From Alphaproteobacteria bacterium (lineage in GTDB: Bacteria; Pseudomonadota; Alphaproteobacteria; JAAXGF01): DNA of 64,000 bases. Location: assembly GCA_963555825.3 (NCBI GenBank), contig CAUVXB020000002.1:3488001-3552000 (forward strand), read 5' to 3'. This document shows positions 31,211 through 46,063 of this stretch, piece by piece. Position 1 is the stretch's first letter; each line of letters opens with the position of its first letter. Position numbers and translations under genes: made by a program. The notes under the pieces were generated by a model. It was not told the origin of the DNA and did no database searches. It saw only the letters and a program-made list of their open reading frames with translations.

Positions 31211-32457
31211 TGTCGATGCGACGCGCCATGACGATGGCTTTCGCGCTCGCCACGGGGCTCGCCGCGTTTGCGGCGGAAGCGGCCGACGGCGTTGACGACA
31301 AACTTGGCACGGTCGAACGCGCGCTCGAGGCGGGCCGCGACAAGGAACGCGCGCTGGAAGCCAAAACCGAGACCATCGAGCAGCAGATCATCGCCCTGCG
31401 CGCCGAACTGGTGACCGCCGCGCGCGCCGTACAGAACAGCGAGGAAGCGCTCACCACGCTCGAGGTGCGCCTCGCCGCGCTGACCCGCGAGGAGAGTGCG
31501 GCGGCGGCGACGCTCGGTCGGCGCCGCGTTGAGTTGATCGCGACGCTCGGCGCGTTCGAGCGGCTCGCCTTGCTGCCACCCGAGGCGGTCATCGCGACGC
31601 CGGTGGCGCTGGCCGACACGGTGCGCACCAGCCGGCTGCTGCGCGCCGCGGTGCTGGCGTTGGAGGGCCGCGCCGATCTGTTGGCCGCCGAGTTGATCGC
31701 GCTCGCCGGCCTGCGCGCCAAGATCGGCGCCGAGCGCGACCGCGTGGCCCTGACGCGTGGCGCGCTGGCGGCCGAGCAGAAGCGAGTCGACGCGCTGCTC
31801 ACCCGGAAATCCGCGTTGCGCGGCCGCACGCTCGAGGCGCAGCACGCACAAGAGGCCCGCGTCGCGGGGCTCGCCGCCGAGGCCACCGACTTGCGCGAAC
31901 TGATGGCCAAGCTGGCCGCCGCGGCCGCCACCGCGCCGCCGCCCCCGCAGTCGAAACCCGCCGTCGAGGCGCCGCCCCCGGCGCCCGAGACGGCGATGGC
32001 CGCCGCCGTGCCGCCCGCCGGCTTTACCGCGCCCGAGGGCACGCGCTCGTTCACCCAGGCGCGCGGCACCCTGCCGCTGCCCGCGCGCGGCCGGCTGGTC
32101 GGCGCCTACGGCCAGACCGACGCGAACGGCGAGCGGGCGCACGGCATCACCATCGAGACACGCGCCGGCGCCGTCGTCGTCACACCTTACGACGGCCGGG
32201 TCGCCTTCGCCGGGCCCTACCGGGGCTACGGGCAGCTCTTGATCATCGATCACGGTGAGGGATATCATACGCTGCTTGCGGGATTCTCCCGTATCGACGT
32301 CGTCCTCGGCCAATGGCTGCTGGCCGGCGAGGCGGTCGGCGCGATGGGACGGCCCACCGATGGTGGCCCGAAATTATACGTTGAGCTGCGCTACAACGGC
32401 GACGCGATCAACCCGCTCCCCTGGTTGGCGGCAAGCGAGAGAAAGGTTAGTGGATAA
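31210..32457 (+). CDS. Murein hydrolase activator EnvC (coiled coil plus M23 domain)
   Basis: Signal peptide, coiled coil, YGQLLIIDHG and LYVELR; conserved position between gpmI and the S41 protease. Confidence 0.88.
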   Translation: MSMRRAMTMAFALATGLAAFAAEAADGVDDKLGTVERALEAGRDKERALEAKTETIEQQIIALRAELVTAARAVQNSEEALTTLEVRLAALTREESAAAATLGRRRVELIATLGAFERLALLPPEAVIATPVALADTVRTSRLLRAAVLALEGRADLLAAELIALAGLRAKIGAERDRVALTRGALAAEQKRVDALLTRKSALRGRTLEAQHAQEARVAGLAAEATDLRELMAKLAAAAATAPPPPQSKPAVEAPPPAPETAMAAAVPPAGFTAPEGTRSFTQARGTLPLPARGRLVGAYGQTDANGERAHGITIETRAGAVVVTPYDGRVAFAGPYRGYGQLLIIDHGEGYHTLLAGFSRIDVVLGQWLLAGEAVGAMGRPTDGGPKLYVELRYNGDAINPLPWLAASERKVSG

Positions 32458-33743
32458 TGGGTAGAAATTCGATTGGCGCCCTGGCTTTGGTGGCGCTCCT
32501 GTCGTGGCCGACTGGCTCGGACGCGGCGAGCTCCGAGACATACCGCCAGCTCAACCTGTTCGGCGACGTCTTCGAGCGCGTGCGCTCGGATTATGTCGAG
32601 GAGGTCAGCGACAAGGAACTGATCGAGTCGGCGATCGACGGCATGCTGGTATCGCTCGATCCGCACTCCAGCTACCTCAACCCGGAGCGGTTCGAGGATA
32701 TGCAGGTGCAGACCAAGGGCGAGTTCGGCGGCCTCGGCATCGAGGTCACCATGGAGAACGGCTTGGTCAAGGTGGTCTCGCCGATCGACGACACGCCGGC
32801 GTTCCGTGCCGGGCTCCAGGCGGGCGACCTCATCACCCACCTCGATGGCGAACAGGTCATGGGCTTGACGTTGTCGGAGGCGGTCGACCACATGCGCGGC
32901 CCGGTGGGCGCCGATATCGTGCTGACGATCCGCCGTGATTCGGAACCCGACGCGTTCGACGTCACAATCACGCGCGATATCATCCGAATTCAATCGGTGC
33001 GCTGGCGCATCGAGGACCACGCCGCCTACGTTCGCATAACCTCGTTCAACGAGCAGACCGAATCGGGCGTCAAGAAGGCCTTCAAGAAGATCCGTGAGGA
33101 GCTCGGCGAGACGGTCACCGGCGTCGTGCTGGATCTCAGAAACAATCCGGGCGGCCTCTTGGATCAGGCGGTCGCCGTCTCCGACCTCTTCCTCGACAAG
33201 GGCGAGATCGTCTCGACGCGCGGCCGGCGCGCAGACTCGATCCAGCGCTTCAACTCGGCCCCCGGCGACCTCGCCGAGGGCCTGCCCGTCATCGTGCTTA
33301 TCAACGGCGGTTCGGCGTCGGCGTCCGAGATCGTCGCCGGCGCGCTGCAGGACCACAACCGCGCCCTGGTGCTGGGCACCGATTCATTCGGCAAGGGCTC
33401 GGTGCAGACGATCATCCCGCTGTCGGGCCACGGCGCCATCCGGCTGACCACGGCGCGCTACTACACGCCATCGGGACGCTCGATCCAGGCCAAGGGCATC
33501 GTGCCCGACATCGTCGTCGAGGCGGCGCGCATCGAGGCCATCGAGCAGTCGGGGCGCACCGAGGCGGGGCTGCGCAACCGCCTCGCCAGCGAGGAAGAGC
33601 TGAACGGTGACGAAATGCCTGCCGAGGGTGAAGAGGCCGAGTCCACCGGCCGCTCGGAGCAGACGCTGCAGGACTATCAGCTGGTTCGCGCGCTCGACCT
33701 GCTGCACGGCCTGTCCCTATTCGGCGGAAAAATCGCTTACTAA
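32457..33743 (+). CDS. S41 family C-terminal processing protease (CtpA)
   Basis: [36 protein letters not shown] and GKGSVQ. Confidence 0.95.
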   Translation: MGRNSIGALALVALLSWPTGSDAASSETYRQLNLFGDVFERVRSDYVEEVSDKELIESAIDGMLVSLDPHSSYLNPERFEDMQVQTKGEFGGLGIEVTMENGLVKVVSPIDDTPAFRAGLQAGDLITHLDGEQVMGLTLSEAVDHMRGPVGADIVLTIRRDSEPDAFDVTITRDIIRIQSVRWRIEDHAAYVRITSFNEQTESGVKKAFKKIREELGETVTGVVLDLRNNPGGLLDQAVAVSDLFLDKGEIVSTRGRRADSIQRFNSAPGDLAEGLPVIVLINGGSASASEIVAGALQDHNRALVLGTDSFGKGSVQTIIPLSGHGAIRLTTARYYTPSGRSIQAKGIVPDIVVEAARIEAIEQSGRTEAGLRNRLASEEELNGDEMPAEGEEAESTGRSEQTLQDYQLVRALDLLHGLSLFGGKIAY

Positions 33744-33779
33744 TCCACCCGCCGCCACCAGGGCGGCGGCGCCGCGGTT

Positions 33780-34802
33780 GTGAACATGTCACCGAGGCAT
33801 CCATCGCAGGGCGCCCCGCGGGCGCCGACGCTCATCGCTCTGGCCATCGCCGCGCTTGGCGCAGGCGTTGGGCTTTGGCTGGTGCTCGATTCCATGGCGG
33901 TGTCGACCGGCGCGCATGCGCCACCGCTCTCGGCGGTGACCGTATTGCTCGAACCACCGGCCAGTGCGCCGGACGACACCATGATCGAATTGGCGGCGTT
34001 GCGGGTGCCGGCCGCAATCGAACCGGCCGAGGCGCCGCCCCCGCCGCCCGACGATCCGGGCGTCGAGATCGCCGCCCGGGACGCATGGCTCACCTATGCG
34101 CGGCCATTCGACGCCCCGCCCGGCACGCCGCGCATTGCCATCGTCGTCACCGGTTTGGGCACCAGTGCCTCGGCGACGGGCGCCGCGATCCTGCTGCCGG
34201 GCGGCGTGACGCTGAGCTTTTCGTCGCAAGGCCGCAACCTACAGGATTGGGTCGACAAGGCGCGCGCCGCCGGCCACGAGGTCATGATCGATCTGCCGAT
34301 GGAACCGCTCGACTATCCGGCGCTCGATCCCGGACCGCAGACGCTGCTGACCTCGCTGACCAGCGCCGAGAACGTCGCGCTGCTCAAATGGCATCTGGGG
34401 CGCGCGATCGGCTTCGTCGGCGTAATGCACTCGATGGGTTCGCGCTTTACCGCCTCGCCCGACGCGCTGCGCCCGGTGCTGTCCGCGCTCAAGGTGCGCG
34501 GCCTGATCTTCCTCGACGGCCGCACGACCTCGCACTCGGTTGCCGCCCGTCTGGCCTCGTCGATCGGACTGCCGCGCGCGATCAACGACCGTTTCCTCGA
34601 CGACCACGCATCGCGCGACGCGATCGACCGGCGGCTCGCGGAAATCGAAACGATCGCGCGCGACACCGGCTATGCTGTGGCTATCGGCCGCGCCTATCCG
34701 GTGACGTTCGAGCGGCTCGCCAACTGGCTGCCGACGCTCGCCGAGCGCGGCTTCGTACTCGCGCCGATCAGCGCCCTGATCAACAGGCAGGCGCTCCAGT
34801 GA
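33780..34802 (+). CDS. Divergent polysaccharide deacetylase family protein
   Basis: [18 protein letters not shown] and MGSRFT; typical neighbour of ctpA. Confidence 0.85.
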   Translation: MNMSPRHPSQGAPRAPTLIALAIAALGAGVGLWLVLDSMAVSTGAHAPPLSAVTVLLEPPASAPDDTMIELAALRVPAAIEPAEAPPPPPDDPGVEIAARDAWLTYARPFDAPPGTPRIAIVVTGLGTSASATGAAILLPGGVTLSFSSQGRNLQDWVDKARAAGHEVMIDLPMEPLDYPALDPGPQTLLTSLTSAENVALLKWHLGRAIGFVGVMHSMGSRFTASPDALRPVLSALKVRGLIFLDGRTTSHSVAARLASSIGLPRAINDRFLDDHASRDAIDRRLAEIETIARDTGYAVAIGRAYPVTFERLANWLPTLAERGFVLAPISALINRQALQ

Positions 34803-35269
34803 CCGATCGGCGGCCTTACCGGAAGGGCGTTGGCATCATGCTGATCAACGACCGCCGCGAGGTCTGGGTCGGCCGCCGCGTCGGCGTGGGCGACGATGCC
34901 TGGCAGATGCCCCAGGGCGGCATCGACGCCGGCGAGACGCCGCGCGCCGCGGCGCTGCGCGAGTTGGCCGAGGAGACCGGCACCGACAAGGCCGAGATCG
35001 TCGCCGAAAGCGTCGACTGGCTGAGCTACGACCTGCCGCCCGAGGTGGCCGCGCGGGTGTGGCAGGGGCGCTACCGCGGCCAGCGGCAGAAGTGGTTCGC
35101 CCTGCGCTTCACCGGCGCCGACGCCGATTTCGACCTCGAGACCCACCACCAGCGCGAGTTCGCCGCCTGGCGCTGGATGGAATCCGGTCGACTGGCGCGC
35201 CTGATCATCCCCTTCAAGCGCCCGGTCTACGAAGCAGTCATCGCGGAGTTCCGCGCGCTCCTGTGTTGA
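34799..35269 (+). CDS. rppH: RNA pyrophosphohydrolase
   Basis: [32 protein letters not shown] and GQRQKWF. Confidence 0.93.
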   Translation: MTDRRPYRKGVGIMLINDRREVWVGRRVGVGDDAWQMPQGGIDAGETPRAAALRELAEETGTDKAEIVAESVDWLSYDLPPEVAARVWQGRYRGQRQKWFALRFTGADADFDLETHHQREFAAWRWMESGRLARLIIPFKRPVYEAVIAEFRALLC

Positions 35270-35352
35270 CCGTAGCCCGGTCGATGGCGCCATGCCGGGT
35301 CATGCCCGCCACATGGGTATATGATGGGGCCTCCCCTGCAGAGGAGGTGGCC

Positions 35353-35691
35353 ATGGCCAGATGGATCGCGGTGCTGGCGTTCCTGGTGTTGGCGGGCGAG
35401 ACGCACGCGTCGGGCTTCTGGGACAGCGGTGTCGAGCTTGAGCTGCAATGCCATTCCGACGACGACGCGCGCCGGGCGGCCTGCCGGGGCTACATCGTCG
35501 CCGTCGCCGACGTCTTCTTAGGCGACGACGCACGGGTCGCGGGCATACGCGCGTGTTTCAGGGGCGGCACCTCGGTGCCGCGGCTCGTCGAGACGGTGAC
35601 GGGCTACATCGATCGGCACCCCGAGCTGCGGCATTTCGCCGCCGTGATCGTCGTCACCATGGCGCTCGAGGAAGCCTTCCCCTGCCGTTGA
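35353..35691 (+). CDS. Rap1a/Tai-like secreted protein
   Basis: Signal peptide; G..L...C, C.GYI..V.D, C.., YI..HPE and AL..AFPC pattern. Confidence 0.75.
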   Translation: MARWIAVLAFLVLAGETHASGFWDSGVELELQCHSDDDARRAACRGYIVAVADVFLGDDARVAGIRACFRGGTSVPRLVETVTGYIDRHPELRHFAAVIVVTMALEEAFPCR

Positions 35692-35701
35692 ACCGGTCGG
35701 G

Positions 35702-36622
35702 CTAGTTCAACCGCCGCAGGTACTGGTCGACGAAGTCGAAACCGAGGAACGCCTTGTAGGCGTCGATCAGCCGGGCGGTGACCGGGCCAGGCACGGCGCC
35801 GCCGAGGCCGCGGCCGTCGACCGAAGAGACCGGCACCATGCACAGGCTGGTCGAGGTCAAGAACACCTCGTCGGCGCCGTAGGCGTCGAACAGATCGATG
35901 TCGGCCTCGCGGCAGTCGATGCCCGCTTCGCCGGCGAGCCGCATGACGTTGGCGCGGCTGACACCCGGCAGGACGTAGCGTTCCCGGGGCGTCAGCAGGC
36001 GGCCGTCGCGGACGACGAAGATGTTGCTGCCGAGGCATTCGCACAGGTTGCCGTTCTCGTCCAACAGGATCGCCCAGGCCTCGGCGTCGCGCTGGCGTAT
36101 CTCGCGGTCGGCCATCATCAGGTTGGGGTAGTTCTGCGTCTTGGCGCGCGGGCTGAGCGCCGACGGCGGCGTGCGGCGGAACGACGAGGTCGCGACGTGC
36201 AAGCCGTCGCGAAAGTAACGCGCGCGCGCCGCGAAGGGGATCGGCGTGCAGTCGACGATGACCGTCGGGCCGCCACCGCCGTCGCCGAAGAACGGGTCGC
36301 CGCTGCCCGGCGTGACGCGGATGAAGACCCAGTAGTCCTCGTCGTCGGCGACCAGGTGGCGGTTGCGCTTGACGACCTCTTGGGTGATCTCGTGGAACTC
36401 GTCGGCCGTATGATGCGGGTCGATGCCGATATAGGCGAGCGAGCGGTAGAGGCGCTGGATGTGCTCGTCCATCTGCCTGAGTTCGTGGCCGAAGGTGCGG
36501 GCCGTGTCGAAGACCGCCTCGCCGTATATGAAGCCGCGGTCGCGAAACGGGATCAACACTTCGCTCTCGGGTACATAGCGGCCGTTGAAATAGGCGGTGC
36601 GTTCGTTGGCGCGTTCGACCAT
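35702..36622 (-). CDS. Aminotransferase class IV (IlvE/Dat-like)
   Basis: DRGFIYGEAVFDT, AK..NY, LPGVSR and ADEVFLTST. Confidence 0.9.
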   Translation of the reverse strand: MVERANERTAYFNGRYVPESEVLIPFRDRGFIYGEAVFDTARTFGHELRQMDEHIQRLYRSLAYIGIDPHHTADEFHEITQEVVKRNRHLVADDEDYWVFIRVTPGSGDPFFGDGGGGPTVIVDCTPIPFAARARYFRDGLHVATSSFRRTPPSALSPRAKTQNYPNLMMADREIRQRDAEAWAILLDENGNLCECLGSNIFVVRDGRLLTPRERYVLPGVSRANVMRLAGEAGIDCREADIDLFDAYGADEVFLTSTSLCMVPVSSVDGRGLGGAVPGPVTARLIDAYKAFLGFDFVDQYLRRLN

Positions 36623-36890
36623 CGGTCTTCTCTCGGCGATTGATTGTCGGGCTCACACCGCGGCGAGCCGCCGGGCACGATGCTGCATCAGCCACCAGGC
36701 GATACGCGCCAGCCCCCCGATCGAACGACTCCCCGGCGTCGCGGCCGAGCGCCTTGGGCGCCATGGCGTGACCGAAGCGGCATCACGTTTGCGGTTGCCT
36801 CGGCTACGGCGCGTCGCGCAACCGCGCCAGATCATTGTGCGGTCACCTTCACTTCGTGAAAATGACCTGCGCTCAATCGCCGCGCATGCT

Positions 36891-37295
36891 TTAGGCGATC
36901 GCCACGAGCATCGCCTCGCAGACCGCGATCTCGGCCTCGGCCTTGACGCGCTCGTCGTCGTTGTCGGCGTCGGTCAGCTCGTCCTGGGCGGCCTTGAGTC
37001 GCTCCTCGACCTCGCCACGGTCGAGCTCATCGATCGGATACGCCTCGCTCGACAGCACGATGCAGCCCCGCTCGTTGACCTCGGCGAAGCCGTCGGCGAC
37101 GAAAATGCGCTGATCGATCTTGTCGCCGTCGTAGACATCGATCACGCCGGCGCGCACGGTCGAGATGAACGGCGCGTGGCCGGGCAGCACGCCGAAGTCG
37201 CCCTCGGCGCCCGGCACGACAACCATGTCGACCGCGGCCGAGACCAGCAGAGCCTCGGGCGAGGCGAGTTCGAAGGATACTTTGTCGTCGCTCAT
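36891..37295 (-). CDS. atpC: ATP synthase epsilon subunit
   Basis: FELASPE, PGAEGDFGVLPGHAP; operon position. Confidence 0.96.
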   Translation of the reverse strand: MSDDKVSFELASPEALLVSAAVDMVVVPGAEGDFGVLPGHAPFISTVRAGVIDVYDGDKIDQRIFVADGFAEVNERGCIVLSSEAYPIDELDRGEVEERLKAAQDELTDADNDDERVKAEAEIAVCEAMLVAIA

Positions 37296-37305
37296 GGCGC
37301 GCGCC

Positions 37306-39670
<2,365 letters not shown>

Positions 39671-39698
39671 GGGCTGCCCGTTTCCGGCGTCTCGGTTC

Positions 39699-41227
<1,529 letters not shown>

Positions 41228-41228
<1 letters not shown>

Positions 41229-41788
41229 TATCCGATCCCTTTCATCGCGAGATGCAATCTTTGAAGCTTGGTGCGCATCGAGGTGTCGACCATGCGCGAG
41301 CCGACGCGTACGACGAGGCCGCCGAGCAGCGCGTCGTCGACCGTGGTCTCGACCGCGACGTCACCGCCGATGGCGCGCTTGAGGGCTGCCTCGATGGCGC
41401 TCACCTGGCCGTCGTCGAGCGCGACCGCGGCGGTCACTTCGGCGCGGACCTCGCCGCGGTGTGCGGCGAGCAATCGGTTGAAGGCGGCGACGATGTCGGC
41501 GAGCACGAACAGGCGCCGGCGCTCGGCCAGCAGGCCGATGAAGCGGCGTGTCAGATCGGTTGCGCCGGCGCGCTCGAGGAGCGCGGCGACGGCCCGCGAT
41601 TGCTCGGCGCGGGTCAGCACCGGGCTGCGCACCAGCCGCTGCAAATCATCGCTTTCGACAAGCATATCGCCAAGCGCGGCAAGATCCGCCGCGACCCCGT
41701 CGATCGCCTTGTCTTCAGCCGCCAGCTCGAACAGGGCGGCTGCATACCGCCCGGCGAGACCGGCTACCCCACTGACATCTGTCGCCAC
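41228..41788 (-). CDS. atpH: ATP synthase delta subunit
   Basis: AGRYAAALF and [15 protein letters not shown]. Confidence 0.96.
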
Positions 41789-41967
41789 GCCGGATTACCT
41801 CCAACGTCTCCGCAAGAGAAAATTTGCGAACTTTTTGCCGTCCTCCCAACACGACACGCGCTCGTACCAAAAGCCCGGCCGCGGCGGACACCTAGCCCAC
41901 AGAGTGTTGCTAACATAGGACCTTCGGCGATGCAACATCGCCCGCGCGGGCGGCTTCGGGACGCCTA

Positions 41968-42228
41968 TACCAAGGGTCAGTGATAGAGGCTCCTAGAGAT
42001 CGCGGCCGCTTTTCGCCGGGTAGGAAGGAGGCCGCGGGCGATGCAGCGCATCGGCTAGGCAACCTGGCGCCCACCGGCGATAAGCGGGCGCGACCCGAAG
42101 GGCGGCTTGCCGTGGCATTCGGACGTCGTTCCACCCGTCTTGCGATGCCAAGCATCGCCGCGACGGGCGCGCCTAGCCGAGAACCACGGCAAGCCGTCTC
42201 TAGGGGTCTCTATTTCTGATCCTTGGTA
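41968..42228. mobile_element. 261-bp MITE-like structured element, family B (IS630-like TACC ends)
   Basis: ~32-bp imperfect TIR TACCAAGG(G/A)TCAG..ATAGAG...CCTAGAGA with TA-containing flanks; abuts the priA stop. Confidence 0.8.
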
Positions 42229-44442
42229 TTACATGAAGCTGTACGGGTCGATGTCGATCTGCACGCGCAGGCCACCGCGCGGGCTGACGCCGCCGAGCCA
42301 TTCGCGAAGCAAACGCTGGATGTGCGTTTCGCGCGGCGTCTTCATCAGGAGGCGGTATCGGTAGCGGCCGCGCAGCAACGCGAGCGGCGCCGGCGCCGGG
42401 CCGAGCACCTCGACGCCGACGACCTGCGGCGCGGTCCGGCTCAGCCGCCGCGCGAGACGCCGGACCGCGTCCTCGGACGGGCCCGAGACGATGACCGCGG
42501 CGAGCCGGCCGAACGGCGGCATGCCGCGCTCGCACCGGTCGGCCGCCTCGAGCCCCAAGAAGCGGTCGCGGTCGCCGTCGACCAGCGCCTGCATGACCGG
42601 ATGCTCGGGCATGTATGTCTGCACCAGCACGCGGCCCGGATGATCGGCGCGGCCGGCACGGCCCGCCACCTGGTGCAAAAGCTGGTAGGTGCGCTCGGCG
42701 GCGCGCAGATCGCCGCCCGCCAGGCCGAGATCGGCGTCGACCACGCCGACCAGGGTGAGCAGCGGGAAATGGTGGCCCTTGGCCATGATCTGGGTGCCGA
42801 TCAATAGATCGATCTCGCGCGCCGCAACGCGACGCACCAGCTCGGCCGCCGCCGCCGGGCCGCCGACCGTGTCGCTCGCCATGACCGCGAGACGCGTCTC
42901 GGGGAACAGCGCGGCGATCTCTTCGGCGAGGCGCTCGACGCCCGGACCACAGGCGGCGAAACGGTCCTCGGCGCCACAGCTCGGGCAGTCGTCGGGCAGC
43001 CGCGCCGCATAACCGCAATGATGGCATTCGAGGCGCCCGAGATGGCGGTGTTCGACGAGCCATGCCGTGCAGTTGGGGCAGCCCATTCGAAAGCCGCAGG
43101 CGCGGCACAGCGTAAGCGGCGCATAGCCCCGGCGATTGAGGAACAGCATGGCCTGCTCGCCGGCCTCGAAGGTCTCGGTCAGCGCCTCGCTCAGAACGGG
43201 CGAGACCCAGCTGCCGGCGGCCAGCGGCGCGTCGCGCATGTCGACCGCCTCGATCGTGGGCAGCGTCGCGCGGCCGTGCCGGTCGGGCAGGCCGAGGCGG
43301 TCGTAACGCCCGGCCTCGACGTTGATCACGGTCTCGAGCGACGGCGTCGCCGAGCACAGCACGACCGGCACGCCTTCGAGCCGGCCGCGCACCACGGCCA
43401 TGTCGCGGGCGTGGTAGATGACGCCATCCTCCTGCTTGAACGAGGCGTCGTGTTCCTCGTCGATGACGATCACGCCGAGTTCGGAGAACGGCAGGTAAAG
43501 CGCCGAGCGCGCGCCGACGACGACGCGCGCCGCACCTTCGGCGACCGCGCGCCAGGTGTCACGCCGCCGGGCATGGGTCAGTTCCGAGTGCCATTCGGCG
43601 GGCGCCGCGCCGAAGCGGGCGGCGAAGCGCGCCAGCCATTGCGCGCCGAGCGCGATTTCGGGCAGCAGCACGAGCGCCTGCCGGCCCCGCTCGAGGGCAC
43701 CGGCAATGGCCGCGAAATAGACTTCCGTCTTGCCCGCGCCGTTGACGCCGTCGAGCAGCGTGACGCCGAAACGCGCCGCGCCAACCTTGCCGGCGAGATC
43801 GTCCGCCGCGACCCTTTGCGCCGCCGACAGCGCGGGCCCCGGGTGGCGCCAGTCGGGCGTCTCGAACAACGCGCCCGGCGGCAGAAGAACGCTTTCGAGC
43901 ACGCCGGCGTCGGCCAGCGCGCGCACGACCCCCGGGCTGACGCCGGCGGCGCGCGCCAGCTCGGCGGCCGGGCGCGGCGGGCCGTCGGCGATTTCGGCGA
44001 GCACGCGCGCGCGCGCCGCGGTCATGCGTTCGGGCTCGATCGAACCCTTGCCGTACGCGGTGCGCGGCCGCGGCGGCTCGAGCGCCTCGGGTACATTCAT
44101 CGCCATGCGCAAGACGGCGCCCGGCGGCGTCAGCGTATAGCCCGCGACCCAGTCGACGAAATCCCTGAGCGGCGCGGTCATCGGCGGCGCCGGCAGCCGC
44201 GCGCGGACATCCTTGAGCTTCTCGTCGGCGACGTGGCCGCCGCCTTCGCCCCACACGACGCCGACCAGTTCGCGCCGGCCAAGCGGCACGCGCACGAAGC
44301 TGCCCGGCGGCGCCGCAAGATGACCGGGCAGCCAGTAGTCATAGGCCTCGCTGAGCGGCAGCGGCAACAGGACGCTGACACGACGATCGCCGGAATTCGT
44401 GATTTCGCCGGCGTCGGGGGAACTGGTGCGGCGCAAAGCCAT
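42229..44442 (-). CDS. priA: Primosomal protein N'
   Basis: GKTEVY, DEEHD, SATPS, LNRRGYA and four CxxC motifs. Confidence 0.96.
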   Translation of the reverse strand: MALRRTSSPDAGEITNSGDRRVSVLLPLPLSEAYDYWLPGHLAAPPGSFVRVPLGRRELVGVVWGEGGGHVADEKLKDVRARLPAPPMTAPLRDFVDWVAGYTLTPPGAVLRMAMNVPEALEPPRPRTAYGKGSIEPERMTAARARVLAEIADGPPRPAAELARAAGVSPGVVRALADAGVLESVLLPPGALFETPDWRHPGPALSAAQRVAADDLAGKVGAARFGVTLLDGVNGAGKTEVYFAAIAGALERGRQALVLLPEIALGAQWLARFAARFGAAPAEWHSELTHARRRDTWRAVAEGAARVVVGARSALYLPFSELGVIVIDEEHDASFKQEDGVIYHARDMAVVRGRLEGVPVVLCSATPSLETVINVEAGRYDRLGLPDRHGRATLPTIEAVDMRDAPLAAGSWVSPVLSEALTETFEAGEQAMLFLNRRGYAPLTLCRACGFRMGCPNCTAWLVEHRHLGRLECHHCGYAARLPDDCPSCGAEDRFAACGPGVERLAEEIAALFPETRLAVMASDTVGGPAAAAELVRRVAAREIDLLIGTQIMAKGHHFPLLTLVGVVDADLGLAGGDLRAAERTYQLLHQVAGRAGRADHPGRVLVQTYMPEHPVMQALVDGDRDRFLGLEAADRCERGMPPFGRLAAVIVSGPSEDAVRRLARRLSRTAPQVVGVEVLGPAPAPLALLRGRYRYRLLMKTPRETHIQRLLREWLGGVSPRGGLRVQIDIDPYSFM

Positions 44443-44531
44443 GGTCTACACTGTGGCGGTCGAAGCGATGGGCTTCAAGCATTGCGCGCAAGCCTGTCGC
44501 GCATCGGCGAAAAGAGCGATAGGCTGAGTGC

Positions 44532-45197
44532 ATGAAGTTTTTTGTCGATACCGCAGACGTCGAGGAAATTCGCGAGTTCGCCGCCACCGGCATGCTCGAC
44601 GGCGTGACCACGAATCCGTCGCTGGTCGCCCAGTCGGGGCGCGATTTTTTCGAGGTGCTGGCCGAGATCTGCGCGCTTGTCGAGGGGCCGGTGAGCGCCG
44701 AGGTGACCGCCACCGAGACCGACGGCATGTTGGCCGAGGGCCGCAAGCTCGCCGATGTGGCGCCCAACGTCACGGTCAAGGTGCCGCTCACCTGGGACGG
44801 CCTCAAGGCGTGTCGGAGCCTGACCCAGGGCGGCATCAAGGTGAACGTCACGCTGTGTTTCTCGGCGGCCCAGGCGATCCTCGCCGCCAAGGCGGGCGCG
44901 ACCTTCGTCTCGCCCTTCGTCGGCCGGCTCGACGACATCGGCCAGAACGGCATGAACCTGGTCGCCGAGATCCGCGAGATCTACGACAACTACTCGGACA
45001 GCTTCCGAACCGAGATCCTGGTCGCCTCGATCCGCCATCCGATTCACGTCGTCGAGGCCGCGCGTATCGGCGCCGACATCGCTACCGTACCGCCCAAGGT
45101 GCTGCGCCAGCTCGCCAACCATGCGCTCACCGACAAAGGCCTCGCCGCCTTCCTCGCCGACTGGCAGAAGACCGGCCAGGCGATCATCGCCGGGTAG
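44532..45197 (+). CDS. fsa: Transaldolase / fructose-6-phosphate aldolase (short type)
   Basis: [14 protein letters not shown] and [10 protein letters not shown]. Confidence 0.92.
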   Translation: MKFFVDTADVEEIREFAATGMLDGVTTNPSLVAQSGRDFFEVLAEICALVEGPVSAEVTATETDGMLAEGRKLADVAPNVTVKVPLTWDGLKACRSLTQGGIKVNVTLCFSAAQAILAAKAGATFVSPFVGRLDDIGQNGMNLVAEIREIYDNYSDSFRTEILVASIRHPIHVVEAARIGADIATVPPKVLRQLANHALTDKGLAAFLADWQKTGQAIIAG

Positions 45198-45217
45198 CGG
45201 GGCAGCGGGAGCGCGCC

Positions 45218-45955
45218 ATGGCATCGCCCACCGACACCGCCGCCCTCGACACGGCACCGGGCGCCAGCGCCGACCAGGTCGCCGCCTATCTGAAGCGCCA
45301 TCCCGATTTCCTGATCGACCATCCCGAGCTGCTCGATGCCTTGGCGCCGCCGTCACGGATCGCCGGCGACGGCGATGGCGTGGTCGATATGCAGACCTTC
45401 ATGATCGACCGGCTGCGCAGCGAGATCGGCGCGCTGCGGGACGAGCAATCCGCCCTCGTCTCGACCAGCCGGCGCAGCCTGTCGAAACAGCGCCAGGTGC
45501 ACGCCGCGGCGATCGCCATGCTCGGCGCGACGACCTTCGAGCATCTGATCGAGGTCGTTACCGTCGACTTCCTGTCGCTGCTCGACCTCGACGTCTCGAC
45601 GCTGTGCGTCGAGAATTGCGCCGACAGCGTGCCGAGCGACGCCCGCGCCCGCGTGCTGTGTGTCGAACCCGGCATCATCGACGCCGTGCTCGGCACCGAG
45701 CGCGACATGGTTTGCGCCCGGGAGAATGCCGGCGACGCGAGCGTCTTCGGCGCCGGCGCCGGGCTGGTTCGCTCGGCCGCGCTGGCGCGTATCACGCTCG
45801 GCGACTCCGCGCCGGCCTGCCTGCTGGCACTCGGTTCGCGTCGCACCGGCCGCTTCGGTAGTGGCCGCAGCGCCGAGCTGATCAGCTTCCTGGCCCGCGC
45901 GTTGGAGCTGTGCATGCGCACCTGGCTCGACCTGCCGGCGGCCGCGCGCAAGTAA
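45218..45955 (+). CDS. DUF484 family protein
   Basis: VAAYLKRHPDFL..HPELL; usual position upstream of xerC. Confidence 0.85.
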   Translation: MASPTDTAALDTAPGASADQVAAYLKRHPDFLIDHPELLDALAPPSRIAGDGDGVVDMQTFMIDRLRSEIGALRDEQSALVSTSRRSLSKQRQVHAAAIAMLGATTFEHLIEVVTVDFLSLLDLDVSTLCVENCADSVPSDARARVLCVEPGIIDAVLGTERDMVCARENAGDASVFGAGAGLVRSAALARITLGDSAPACLLALGSRRTGRFGSGRSAELISFLARALELCMRTWLDLPAAARK

Positions 45956-46036
45956 CCGTCGCGGCGGTGCGCCGCGCGTAAGTATATGTCGCGGCGGTGC
46001 GCCGCGCGTAAGTATATGTCGCGGCGGCGCGCCGCG
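45941..46036. repeat. 30-bp tandem repeat, ~3.2 copies
   Basis: GCCGCGCGTAAGTATATGTCGCGGCGGTGC repeated between DUF484 and xerC. Confidence 0.9.
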
Positions 46037-46063
46037 ACCCGGAGTAATCGGACTGGTCATCGC

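Noticed and set aside
43725-43755. PriA Walker A variant GVNGAGKT
   Set aside because: GKT and the other helicase motifs are intact; probably a tolerated substitution.
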